In this document: one piece after another, positions 40,701-53,636 of the stretch
Numbering within the stretch: position 1 is the first letter of the stretch
Layout: each line of letters starts with the position of its first letter
DNA from: Raillietiella orientalis
Taxonomy: Eukaryota
DNA: 64,000 bases
Assembly (NCBI GenBank): GCA_036172245.1
Contig: JAYWIR010000005.1
Coordinates: forward strand, 2,232,001-2,296,000
Direction of reading: 5' to 3'
Notes under the pieces: generated by a model
Database searches by the model: none
The model's input: only the letters and a program-made list of their open reading frames with translations
What the model was told of the DNA's origin: nothing
Made by a program: the position numbers and the translations under genes

Positions 40701-43599
40701 TCTCCGCAGTGCCATCTTCCTTCCAAACAGGGTCATTCGGGGCCCTCGGGCAGGAAGGGGCCCCAGGCAGGTCCAAGGCCCCCAAGTTTTCCCTGGCAGC
40801 GAATCGGTGGTCGCCTGCCCACGCAGGCTGCATGGCTACTCGGGACCTGTTCTGGACGTGAGCGTGTCCTGGGGCGGAAGTTTCCTCTCGGTCCTGCTTC
40901 CTTCTCCTCCCTCCCCCTTCTCCGCGGGCAGTCCGTGCGTGATTGATGGCGCGAATGAGGCATCTCAGGGGCCCGAAATGGGGAGGTCGGAAACAGCGCA
41001 GCTGGAAAAGAGGAGAGGGAGAGGGCGAACGGGCGAGCGGGACGCGCGGACGAGGGCAGGGAAGGCCGGCCTTCTCCCCGGGGTGAAGGCGCATTCGACG
41101 GAAAGAAGCATCAGGGCTTCACTCCTGGGGAGAAGGGGCCGAAGTTTCTTCCTCCGCTTCTTCCCTTCCACCTCCTCCTCCTCCCTGACTTTTCCTCCTT
41201 CCCTTCCCTTCCCTTCCTCCTGTCTCTCTTCTCTTTCCTTCCTTCCTCTTCCCTGGTCGCTTGCCAGTAAGGGCCGGGCGGTCCTGTTCGCTCCTAGCAG
41301 ACTCCCGTGGGATCCTCTCCGATTGCGGAAATTTTTATTCATCTGCTTCAGTTGAGTGATTAGGCGATCTGGGTTGAGGAGGTCGTCAAGGAAGGAGACG
41401 GCTCCGGAAATCAGACCGTGTGGACGAAGGTCGACCTTTGCTCCACGCCCTTCCCTCTGTGCGCACGCGCACCGCCTTCCGGGTGGAAGAAGGGAGGGAG
41501 GAGAGAGACTTTGTCGGAAGGAATGCCTCGGGCAGTTCCTCTGGCAAGGAGATCTGGTCCAGCCGTGCCGCGCCTTTAGCGTCTGCACTCTCGGGACGCA
41601 GCATCCGCCTTGCGGAGGGCTCCTCTCCAATGTCTGAAGCAGCCCGATCTGGGAAAGAAGGTGAGCCCATGACCGGCGCCATCTTCCTCGCGGGAGGGGG
41701 TTCTTCGGAAGATGCTCGAGGCATTCCTGTCGTCCAAGAGCGACGAAGGGAAGGCGAAGAGGATGCTGATACTGTCGGGAACGAGATCTTTGGTCCCTCC
41801 CCTTGCACCAGCCCTCACCTAGGTTACGAGGTCATCTTTCCATCCACCCTGGTCCTTCTAGGACCCTTCCCAAACGTGAGAAGGAAGTAAAAGCTGCGTC
41901 TCTCTGCCTGAGTCACTGGCAACTCTGCTTCCGCTTCGATCCCTGCGAGGAGGTACCCTGGAGGAACGCGTCCAGTTCAACCTTCCTCGCTCGACGTTCC
42001 CCCGGCAACCGTGCGCTGAAAGCCGGAGCTCTCCACCATCCTCACAGTAGAGCGCAGGTGAGGGGAGTGCTGGTAGTCGAACAGGAAACGAAGATGTATT
42101 CGCGGAGGACGAAATCCCTGGTGCCTTGCCAAAGCAGGGTCAAAGGTCACCGCCTCACCCACCTCCTGTTCCTATTCCTGGAGAGCAACCCCAGCAACCG
42201 CTCAAAGTATGCCGAACGCGCTTCACCAGTTCTTCCTGCGTCAGCCCGGGAATTCACCTTTCGAAACCTGCAGCAGCGGCAGTTTCATCCGAAGGAGACT
42301 TCCTGTTTCGCCTCCGGGTCGCCTCCATGTGAAGGAGAGACATGGAGCCGCTGCAAGCGACGGAAATGCCATCTTGAGCCGATTCTTCGGGAGCTCCTTT
42401 GCAACTTCCCGTTCCGGACGCAACTGGAGAATGGCGGCGCAAGAAGATGCAGGGGGGGACGCAGATCAGCAGCAACTTCTGGCAAACCATCCCTGGGGCG
42501 TTCGCTACCATGACCAAGACTCTTTCTCCCTGGCAACAGAAAGGGTCCAGGCCTCCCTCGTCGAGGTCTCGACCTTCCGCAGACCAGCTGCTTAGGGGCG
42601 AAAAGAGATAGAAAGGAGGAGTCGAATGAACCAGAAGCCATAATTGGCGGAAACTGGAGCTTCTAAATGCCGCTCCCTGCTGTCTATGCTCTCACAAAGA
42701 CGTCCGCGCTTTGTCGCGGGCTCCTCTTCAAGGGCAGCCGGTGCGAGACTTTCCCGAGGAACGGTCCAAGGAAAATGACGCTCCACGTTTCCAGGAGGAG
42801 GGCATTCCGTCCGCTTCGCTTCCTGGGAGCACTCGGCAGTGCCCCCGGGTGGTGCACAGACTCGCTCGGAGGGGCGTGGGTCCAACGTATCCATCGCGCG
42901 AGCCCCCAGCCGGAGGGCAGAAAGGCGGCGCGATTCCCCGCCTACCCGCTGAGTCGCTTCCGGCTCCGGAGGGAAGCTGCTGCGCTCTCATGGTTCCGGG
43001 ACCGCCTGAAGGAGAGCAAGCAGGGGCGAGGTCCCCATCCAGGTAGTTCTTCCACAGACTTCTGGTCTCCTAGGCAACTGGCACGCGGGATGGAACTGGC
43101 AACGCAGGGTTCTGCTGCTCCCCTGGGCGTTTGAAGTCATCGTGAAGGAGGGCACAACTGGGGAGCTGGGTAGTCTCTCGGGGCCTGACGATCCGTGGCG
43201 GTTCTTTCGGAATTTCAATTTTTTTTTCTTTTTGCCTTTCTTGTTGTGAGAGTTCTGGATTTCAAGGAGGGGAGAAGGAGCATCCCCGAAGTTTCCCGAC
43301 TTGCTCTCAAGCCTTGCCAGCGGAACCAGTGCTGATGGCTCCTTTATCGCCACCTCCTTTGGCATGCAGACGGCCTACCCAAGGAAGTGGCAGCATCTCT
43401 CGTTTCCCGGAACCCGTTGAAGGGCTTGGAGTTCCCTCCGACGGACTTGGCACCCCTGCTGCGGAAGTGCATTTAGATCTCAGGAGCACCGCAGAGTTGC
43501 GGTGCGTAGAGGCAAGGAGCGCGGGCGGCCTGGAGCTGTCCCGGCTCTCCAGACGCCTTAACATGCTCCTTTTCACCTCAGGGAGTACGAAGGAAACCC

Positions 43600-44200
43600 A
43601 AGAAGTGGTCAGGAGCCACCACCTCCCTCCTACGGGAGCGTGGAGACAGCTGGACGATCTGAGGACTTCCGCGACGCCTGAGGGCTGCCTGTCCTTGCCT
43701 GAGGGCTGCGCTGGCGGGCAGGCGACCTCGGGATCTCCCTGGTAATATTGGAGGTCCTGCCACCCCCTTCTCCGACTATTCCCCTCCGATGGCAATACGC
43801 GGTGGCTCTCTCCCTGCTCTGCGGTCTTCTCCGCGGGGCCAATGCCGGCTTTACAGGACACGGAGGGACACGCGCGTTTCGGAAAGCGCCAGCAGCGTGC
43901 CCCTGCACCTGCTGTCGGCCTGTGAGTTCCTCAGTAGCCCTCCAGCATCCGAAAGACCCTCTTCGGTGCCAACAGCTCCCACAGTAATCCTTTGCTCCTC
44001 AAGGCGCCTCACCGCCAGCGATCCCGCGCTGATCCATGCGCGGCAGCCACGAGCATCTCCACGCGGAAGAGAAGCACCTCCAGCGCCGTGTTCGTGACTC
44101 AGAGGGCGGGACGACGGCCCTACCTCCGTCCCGGAACGACGGGGTGCCGCTCGGGTTGCGGGAAGGCCGGGAAAGGCGAGGCGAAGGGTCCGCCATCCTC
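43600..44200 (-). mobile_element. Further decayed LINE 3' fragment
   Basis: TAYCHRRGIV (cf. ALCCLRGIV) and similar spacing of downstream residues. Confidence 0.3.
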
Positions 44201-46559
44201 TCTCTCCCAGCCCCGTTTTCTGGAGACGACGAGCCAGGCGTTTCCTCGCATCGTGGGGAAAAATAAATAACATATTATTTATATGTATTATTTATTTGCT
44301 CCGTCAGCCCTTCGGCTCTGAGCACGTTTTTTCCCCCCTAGCGTGCGGATGTTCCGCGACACGCAAGTCAGTGCACGTCATGCCTCCCGGGCATGTGGAT
44401 GTGTACGCCTCTCTACTTTGGATCCCGTAGTGACCGTTTCGAAAGTTTCTTGGAGGCCGCCGCTACCGCGTCTCGACATGCAAATCCCTGGGGAGCGAGA
44501 GATGGCACTGTGGAGTATGCGGATGTTTCTTCCCCGAGCAGAATCTCTCTGTGCAGACGCCCCGTACCCCTTCGCGCTCTCCTCAACGATCGCCATGAAA
44601 ACTCATTCTCAGCGAGAGTTCCATTGTTGTTTCCTTTAGTTCTCCTTCCTCCCCTCCCTCCTTTTTCCGTTCATAGTTACCAGGCAACGTTGCGGAAAGG
44701 TCTTGCCGTGGCGTCGCTCGTGCGACCGCGATTGTTGCGTTTCCGAGCGTGCCGGTCGCCTCCTCGCGGAACGCTCATGCGGTGGCCTAGGAAACGTTCA
44801 CTTCCTTTGCTTTTCCTTTCGCAAAATCTTTGCAATTCGAAGAGCGACTTTCGTCTTCGCAGCATCCGCAGGAACTTCTCTTACAACTGCCCAGATGGGC
44901 AGTAGGGGCAAAAGAAAACGACAAAAAGAAAAGAAAAAAAAAAGGAAAAACCTGGTGCGAGCCTGGAGACTGAAGGACTGTGTCCCGGTTTCTCGAGAGT
45001 CGTGGGTTGTCCTTATGCAGAATCGCTCTTTCCCGTATCGATCTCGGGGAGAGAGAGGCCAGGGAGTTCCCGGGACACCGGAGAAGGCGCGCAGGCGCGA
45101 GCGGGAGAGAAGAGAGAGGCTCTCGCAGCCGCGGGAACACCCACGACTTACATCCAAGCTGGACCGTTCGCGAATCACGAGCGAGAGCGCCGCGGTCCCT
45201 CCTTCGCAGAGCAGCCGACGTTCCTCCACGTTTCCTCGAGACCGCTGGGGTCGCCAGCTCGAAAGCGGTCGACGCGGCGGCGGGTGGAAGAGGAGGGGGA
45301 AAGGGACGTGCGGGGGAGGAGGGGAGAAAGGGAGCGGCATCTCCCGTGGCGGGCGCGGCGGCTTCCCCGATCGATTGGCGGCCGTCTCGAATCGATTCGC
45401 TCCGCGTCTTCGAGAGCAAACATCCCGCCGCGCCACTCGCTCTGAGGAACAATGCCCCCAGCGGCTGGGGCTGAGGCTGCTGAAGAGGGAAGGGGGTCGC
45501 GGGCGCGAGGAAGGAGAGGCGCGGGGGAGGCTCCCCGCGGCGGCGGGAGGGCGGGCCGGCGGCGCGGGTGCGGGCGAAACGCAAACACTCAGAGGCGCCG
45601 GGGTGACGAGGGCAGGGCGGCTCTGCGCGCAGCTCAGCCCTGCCCGTGAGACCCGGGACACCTGTCCCCGGCTGCCTCATCCCACTGGTGGAGCCATCAG
45701 CGTGGGACCCCTCTGAGGGCCTTCGGCAGGAGGTCGCTCCAGCTGGGAGCACGCGCTCCCCTCCCTTTCACCGTGGATCCGCCGGTGCGGAGGGAGCGCC
45801 GGCGGCGCGACGAGGCAGTCGACCGCGGATTTGCATTCCGATGAGACGATCGATCGATCGGGAGGGGTCACTGCATCCTCCGGCCCGAGCGGAGTGGAAA
45901 ACCCGACGGGCGCTGCCGGTGTCCACGCTCCGGACTGGAAAAGCAGGAGGGGACGGAACAGGAGGTAGGAAGGGGAAGTGGAGGGTTCTACCCTCTGCCC
46001 CACCCGCCCCCGGTCCGCCTCTGTCGTGGCGTACCTCCTCCCTCAATCGAGGAAGGAGGGCGGGACACTCGGCTTCATGGGGGTGAGAAGGGGCGTCACC
46101 CTCTCGACTTGGTGCGGAAGCCGGAAGTGCCTTCACGCCCCTGGACGACCCGGAAAATTTGGAGGGACGCTGCCTCTGGGGGCCTCCCGCTCGTGTCCAA
46201 CTCCAACCCCCGGTTGCAAGCAGAGCGACTGCGCTCCTACGGGGGAATGGAGGAACAATGGAAGTCCTCGAGGAAAGAAAAACAAACAAAAGAAAAACAA
46301 AAGGCACGCGCTCTCCGCGTCCCTTCCCCCGTCCCGCCGCCACCCCCGCTCCCCCGAGAGGGAACCCAGGAATCCTCCATACCCTTCCTCTCCATGAACA
46401 CTTTCACCCCGAGGGCTCCCGCCTTGGCGGTAAGGGCGGGAGAGCCGACGGCAGCTGCTAATGAGCGACTCTCAGCCCGAAAGGGACCGGGATTTGGGGT
46501 CCTTCACCAGCGGAAGCACTCCATTCATGCCCCTCCCCGAGGTTCGCTCCCGGATCCTA

Positions 46560-46690
46560 AAAAAAGAGGAGCAGCGGGAGGAAGAGGAACAGCAAGGGAG
46601 GAGGAGGGAGGAAGGAGGAAAGGAAAAAGGGAGAAGGGAAGAGGAAGGGAGAAGAGGATAGAAGGAGCAGGAAGAGGAGGAAGGGATGGG
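46560..46690. repeat. Purine-rich (GA) low-complexity tract
   Basis: Almost pure A/G. Comparable C/T tracts at 38450-38550, 41150-41255, 47460-47560, 58365-58640 and 59580-59740. Confidence 0.85.
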
Positions 46691-48149
46691 ATAGGCGCGT
46701 CATCTTAGCGGAGGAGAGCCTTCCCATTTGACTTTTACTCTGCCGCATCCTCCCTCGTTCCGTGACCTCCCTCGCTTCGTTCGCTTCACCCTTTCGCCCT
46801 CCCTGCTGGGGCGTGCCGCAGTGCCGGGCTTGTCCCTCCACGTGGACGTGGATGAGGAAGCTGCAGAGTCGTCGCAACCCGCGATCCTTCTCAGTTTCCC
46901 TCACCGTCATTTCAGTCCCCGAGAGACGCGCTCTGTGTCCCTGTTAAAACGCCATCGTCGCCTTCGTCGCCGCCATCTGCGGCAGCAGGGACGGCATCCC
47001 TGCCGACCTCCCAGTAAGTCCTCGAGTCCTATGTCACTGACCATCTTCACCCTCCGACGCACTTTTGCTTACGCCTGCAGGAGAGGGAAGTCGCGCGCGT
47101 AGAGGGCTCACAAAGAGCGGACTTGCCCCACACTGGAGGCGGGGATGGAGGGGGTGGCCGTTTGGTGAGCGGCCAGCGCTCGAGGACTTGCACCCCCACT
47201 ACACGGTTCGAGACGTCGCCTCCCTTCCGGGAAAGAGGGGGAGCTAAAAGGTGGCTCCCCTTCGATATTCCCTGGGCGGATGGCGCCGATGCCGGCGAGT
47301 GGCCGAGCCAAAGCAGCCCCCCATTATCGCGGAGAAGAAACTTGGGGGAGGATGCCAAGGAGTGATCGGTTCGTGGACGTGCTCTCCCAGCCCCAGAAGA
47401 ACTCTACGCGTGGACGGCCAGGTGAGCACACTGATACGGAGAAGAGGGGGAAACAGGGACCTCCTCCTCCCTTTTTCTTCTTTTCTCTTCCTCCTCTTCC
47501 TGCTTTTCCTCCTTCTCCTCTCTTCCTTCCTCCTTCCCCCCTTTTTTCCCTCTTCCTTCGGTGAAGTCGGGAGCACATCGAGCAGCCGGAGTCAGGGGAG
47601 CCGCCTTCAGGAAAGCATAAGAGGGATGAAGAGCACAGTGGAAAGGAGAAGGAAGAAAAGTGTTCTTCCTGGGACTCCCTGGGGAGCGGGAGGAGGAAGG
47701 GGCTGAGAAGTGGTACGAGGCAGGAGGTTCTTTTCAGGGCGACTGCCTCAGCGAAGGAAAGGATCTTTGGGTTCCCGACAACCGTCTTCGGTGGCGTCCC
47801 CTCTGCCGTCTCGACCTCGGAAGGCGCCATTGTAGCTCCCGGGGCACCGTGAACTTTCCCTTACTCCCTCCTTCTTCCTGCTGGTGGCGCTGAAGAACAG
47901 GGAGATGAGGTCTCTCTCTCCCTCTTCTTCTCGCCTCCCTTTCCTCCGATCCTTAAGCGGTCTCGAAGAGAGGGAGGGGAAGGGGAGGGTCCCGAGAGGA
48001 AAATCTCCGCCGCCTGAGGCGGTAGGAATTCCCGCCCAGCCGCCGCGGCTTCCCTGTTTATCGATCCCCACGCGTCGCGGTGCGTTTCCTCCTGTCGTTA
48101 GCGGATTTCCTTCCGCTAATGGCAGGAGCAGCGGCGCCGGATCTGCACG

Positions 48150-49870
48150 GATTCTTACCCGAGGCACCTGGCGCAGGTAGCCGCTCCATCATCCAGGCAG
48201 ATGTTCCGCGCGCGCCTCCGCCGCGCGCGGGAGAGCAAATATTTGCCTGCGCGGGCGCCGGCAGACAGACAGAGCCCCTTCTCCTCCTCCTTCCCTAGGA
48301 TCCAACACGACCCCCCTTTTCGGATCCCCTGTGATCCCGGGGAAGGAGAGGGCAGGCGAAGGAAAGGGGAGCGGACATCCTGGAAACGGGATCGATAGTG
48401 GTGCCCCGACAGGAGAGAACAGCCCGTGCAGAGCCCGAAGCGAACGAAGGGCGCGCGCGTGCCGGCGTCCTGCCTTGCGTCCCGCGACGGCACTCTGTGC
48501 ACGTGAGACTCTCCTCGGCCCCCGCCGTCGCGGACGCTCCTGAAGCAGATGGCGAGCAGGAGGGGGGGAGGATCCGGAAATTCGCGATCCCTCGACGGCC
48601 GCGCCCACACAGCTTTCCCTAGAGATCCTGACGCAAGGAAATTCTGGGGAAGGCGGGAGGCATCAGGGAGATGCCTCCCGCCCTCCCGAGGTGAGTTGCA
48701 CCATGAGGCGAGAGAGGCTGCCGGAGATGCTTCCGCTCCATCGGCATCAGAGATGGATGCGCGCGTAACTCTGGGATGACGCATGGCTCCTCGCGCGAGC
48801 GCCGCCACCGTGGCCGCGGCGAGAACCGTAGAAGGGAAGGGGAAGCAAGGGACGCCTTTGGGAGGGCTCTTCGGGGTAGCGGGTCTCCTAGCCCCGCTAC
48901 TGCTCTGACCGTCGCCCGCGGAAGACCAGGGTGAAACTCTGGATGCGCGTATGCGATCCCTGAAAAAGGAACTCGGGAAGCCAGAGCCGTCCGAGACGCA
49001 TCCATTTCATCCTCCTCCACTGCGAAGGCGCAGAGGAAGGGGGTGTGGGTAAAGAAGGAAGGAACCGGCAAGGAGTCGCAGATGTGAATGCGGAACCCTG
49101 GGTTTCCATCCCTCTGCGGAGGTCCGCGTCAGGAGCAAGCCCCGAAGGCAGGAAGGGTCGTGCCCCCCCCCCCGATGTCCGCGCAGGAGTTGGCGCTACG
49201 GGAGGAATCCCTGGGTCGGAGGGATGAGGAGACGCGAGTAGCCGTTCTCTCCTCTTTCCCGCCTGTAGGCACCGACCGGTCTCCATGCTGACCGACCGGG
49301 CAGAGCGTTTCAAGCTCCCGAAGAGAGAGAGGACGATCGTCCCGGACCCCTTCAGCTCCTAAGAGTGCAAGAAAGAGGGCACTTTTCTTCGGTTCCTTCG
49401 GTCCACGCGACAGTGAATCAGGGGTCAGCGTAGACGGTGGCGCGCGTGCTATCAAGCAAGCGAACGGTGGGGTCCACCGTCCGTCTCCGCCCCCCTGGGG
49501 AGGTAAGTCCCAAGGAAACCCGAAGTCCTATGAGCACAGGAGGCAACGACAATTTCGGGTATCGGCTGCTGTACAGGGACCCTCAGGGCCCGCTCCAGCC
49601 CGCCTTCCGGAGGGAGGAGCCGCGTGGTCCATCCGGACCAGAAAAGCAGGAGGTCCACCTTCCGTGGAACGCCGTGGATCCGAGGAGAGTGTGGAGGCGC
49701 TCCAGGCGCACACTGTGTCTGAGCTCAGTCGTCTAGCAAGGGCAGAATTTTTCTTCTCCTCCGAGGAAAACTCCTCTCGCTTGCTCTGCTTCCGCTACCG
49801 GGAACTGTCGGACCTCGGCAGGAGCGGGCAGGACAAGAAGATGGAAGTTCCGCTTGTCCGACAGCTGAGT
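48150..49870 (-). mobile_element. Decayed L1-type RT fragment with a probable degenerate SINE head near 49090
   Basis: GVRDD (~49335, YADD-like position) and SWCNSPREGGRHLPD (~48680, GGLGLPD-like). GAACCCTGGGTTTCCATCCCTCTGCGGA on + resembles the S5 head. Confidence 0.35.
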
Positions 49871-51899
49871 TGAGCCGCCGGAACTGCTTCCTCTTCCCAT
49901 CCTCCTTCTCCTCCTCTTCTCCTCTTTCTTCTCCCCTTTCCTTTCCTCCTCTTTCACAAGTAAAACGTCACCCAGCAAAGAGAAGTTTGAAGAAAACCAG
50001 AGAATCCGGGGGCCAAGGAAAGCCGCAGGGCCAAGAAAGTCTTTCCCGAAAACTCAAGACGATCCGGTGTGCCCCGTGTTCGAGATGCGCGGTTGCTCCT
50101 CGTAAGAAGGGAAGAGGCAAGAAAGCCGAGCCATACGGAACGAACGCACCGCTGACCGGGCAGCGGACTCCTAATGGAAGGCAGAGCGGAACGACCCGCC
50201 CCTAAAGCAATCGGTTTCGACCCCCCGAAGCAACTTGCCTCCCAATCTGAGAAGCATATTTACTTTGAATTAAATGGTTTCCATCCTATGCAATTACTGG
50301 CGCCTATCTAGACAGGACAGGTGTTCGGAGCAGGGTAGCACCGCTTGATAACACGCGACCTCGCTCATGCATCTATTATGGCACGCGTTCCGCTAAACTA
50401 CATCCTGGGGTTTCCTCAATAACCAGATAACTAATTCGCGAACGTGTCCCTAAACACATTTTCCCTATTGCGAGATGTCTCTTCATTAAATGCTCATAGT
50501 CTGCCACGTGATAATGGGCAGAAAAAAGGGAAGCACTCGACGACCCCGCACCTTGCGTACCCGATATCGCAGCCACTCTTGGAACTATTGATTCGACATA
50601 TTCATGTAATGCGAAATGCGAGGATATAAATTCGATGAGGAATGCAGGCGCATAAGTACAATCGGAAAGCGCAAGCGTACAATGGTATGCAAACCTGGAC
50701 TCGCCAAGTAAGCCTAAGTACAAAGGCAACGGAATAATGCGTCACAATGCGATTCGCGACAGCAAAGAATTATGCAGATCTCATGGCTTCATTGAAATCT
50801 CGAAAAAAACATTTTACCGCCTCACGTAGCTGGGAGAGCACCCCTGTCAAAACACGCATCTCCATCGCCTCATGCCTTCGACGTCCGGAGCTGTGCGCTG
50901 AGCAGCGCTTGAAACAGAAGAAATGGGGAATAAATAAATAAATAAATAGAAAGTTGCTTTTTTTCCTCTCTCTGTATCAAAATTTTTCACCTCCGTTGTT
51001 CCTTTCCTTCTTTTTTTTTTTTTTTGCCTGCTTTCTCGAAGATTGCATTTGTAACAATGAGATTGGCGCGCGTCAAGCTCTTCCACGTGACCACGCGAGA
51101 GCATGAGAACAGTATTGTTGGATAAGCCTACGGGATATTGTGGTTAACTGGTAAAGCAGCGTTGGGCAGTAGGGAGGAGCGTCTAGACGATCCAAATAGT
51201 CGCACAACTATCAAAGGATGACGCAGGTAATGCTAGTAAGGATGTCCCTTTCGTATCTGGAGGCTTTGTGGGATTCCCTACTGTTTTTACAAGAGGAGGG
51301 AAGGAAAATCCACCTTTTTATTCCAATTTTGCATGCAACCGCTTAATGTACATGGCATTAAGCGATTCAGGCAAAATAGGGATGCCACACCTATGCTATA
51401 CTATACGGATGCTTGATCTGTGGGATGCCTGTTGGAATCTGAATTTCAGTGGCCGCCACATGCAGGCTCGTTGTCCTCCCTACTCGTGCACATCTTTTCG
51501 TTCTTAAAGTGCTTGCATGCATGCATTCCAAGGGACAAATAAGATCCTCAATTGCATGTGGAGCTGATCTGCTGTCGAATTGTGCGCAAAAGCTCATCTG
51601 CTGCTACTCTTCACGAGTCAGAATGTGGGTATGCAGAGACAAGCAAGTGTTGCCATCACTTCAATTTCTTTTTTCTGTCTTTTTTTTCCCCTCTTCTATG
51701 AAGTTTCAAGGCAATTGCTAATTGTAACTGTTTGCAACCAGGAGTATTCTAAAGCAAAAATCTGGACACGAATGATATCTAGGCGGCTGTCCGTCCAGTC
51801 ACGAAGTGCTTGTCAGTGTCCTGGCCCGGTTGTCTGAGTTTATGCAGAAAACATTCGGACGAAGCAAACAGAGCAAAACTGTAAGGAGCTAAGCGGGAA

Positions 51900-51921
51900 C
51901 TGCTGCTGCTGCTGCTGCTGC
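51900..51921. repeat. (CTG)7 microsatellite
   Basis: ctgctgctgctgctgctgctgc. Confidence 0.9.
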
Positions 51922-53451
51922 GAGTGGTGAGCAAAGAGCCAGCTTATGAGAGAAGAGCAAGGAACGAGTCATCGTATCACTTCTCGAAGACCAAGAGTGG
52001 CAGCCATTCGAAAACTTCTACAGAGTTCGGCGCGCCTCTTGAAAATCGCATAACAACCTTAGAAAGAGCCGAACTAGGCATGGAGAGGTAGCCATTAACA
52101 GTTCGTGCCATGGAAGATGAGCGAAGATGCTCGTTCTGGCCCAAACGGCAGCTTGCCGAGGTTTTTTCGGACTCCTTGTTTTGCTTTTGATGGCGAGAAC
52201 CATGCATGGTCGGCATTGCAGCAGACATGCGCTCACAGAGGGGTGCAAACGATTCAGGGGCATCGCGAGCCGACGGAATTAAGAACAGCCCTGGCTTCCG
52301 AGAGAGCAAGGCTATATGTGAGGGGCGCACTGGAGCATTTCATGTGCCGAAGCTCCGGGCTTCCGCGGAAACGGCAATGGGGCTCCATAAGCGTGAGGAT
52401 CCACGCCCCCTTTCGTGCATGGCAGGCGCGCCATCTTTGGCACCATGGTCTGCCGAGGAGACAGAGCCGGATGGACGTGGACTAGGAGCAACAGACAGAA
52501 GGAACGGGGCACCTCCTGGCAGGTGATGAAGGCGCAGCACATGCCGTCTCTCGAACGCTTTCTGGAGCCCGCAAATGCTACCCGCCACCCGTGCCCCGAG
52601 CTTCCCCTCCTCACCCAACCACCACCGCCACCCCTTCTTTCCTAGAGAAAGCCTGCCGGTTTATGGATTGAATTCTCGATGGAGGCTCTTCGTGTCCCTT
52701 CGGTCCAGGAAGGAAACCTAGTTCTTCGCGGTGCCCCCGGGTGTCTGCTAGGGAAATTCATGCCGGCTAACGTCTCCTGGGGAGCTGCATCCTTCCGAGA
52801 ACCTCCGCTTGGACCCGGAGGCGGCGAGAGCGCATTGGGACCGCGAGAACCAGGGAAGTGGTAGCAGCTGCGCTTCAGAGATCGACGGATGCCTCTCGGC
52901 AGGGTGAGAGCGGATGAAGAAAACACGAGGATCTCTGCGCCCGCCTCCCGACTACCCCTTCCCCTCTCCCTAACTCGACTCTGCGCGAGGAAACTGAGAA
53001 CTGTACAGTCGCTCCCAACGCCGCCGGACCGTCTTCTCCTCAGGGCAACGCGAACCGCCGGGGTCTTCTCGTTCTCCAAGCGACGACGGGGCATTGCAAG
53101 AAGAACGACGACCGCGGGGTGCTCCTTGCCAAAGCTGTATTTCGCTAGTAGGGAAAGGGGGAGGGGGCCGAGGGAAGAGGGGGGAAAGGTGATGCCGCAT
53201 GCGTCTCCACGGGAACGGGAGGGGAGGAAGAGACGACGACGCCGTTGTGCTTCTCGTTTTCCAATCTTCTTCCACTCCTTCCTTGCCCTCCCTCCTCCCC
53301 TTCTTCGCATTCGCTTCCCTGTCCCGTGACCCCGTCACACGAATCCTCCATGCAGAGGCCGAGGGGCGACGAACTCCGCGTGCCCCCTCTCTTCCGTGGC
53401 GACAACCGGATGGACAGGATCTTCCTCCTGGGAGGGACGCTCTCTTCCCTG

Positions 53452-53636
53452 CTAGATGTTGTCGTCGCTGCAAAGGGAAGTCCTGGGATCCTCCGGGATC
53501 CAGACCTTGGCATGCTGCGTCCCATTGCTGGAGCGCTCGCTGTCGTTGCACCAGCTCAAGGAGTGTCCTGCCATGTCGTGGAACGGAGGCCCTACGACCG
53601 GAGGAGGCGTTTCCATGAGCAGCGGGTGGGGAGCGG
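53452..53636 (-). CDS. Ptf1a: Ptf1a exon 2 (..[22 protein letters not shown])
   Basis: Long polypyrimidine tract plus cag; TAG at 53454-53452. Confidence 0.9.

Noticed and set aside
44703..45752. Long ORFs of 287-337 aa on both strands (likewise 5608-7086, 13128-14051, 40576-41630, 60426-61220)
   Set aside because: Overlapping, Arg/Gly/Pro/Ser-rich, no domain motifs; expected from stop-codon scarcity at high GC.
51130..51200. tRNA A-box-like TGGTTAACTGGTAAAGC
   Set aside because: No B box or cloverleaf follows.
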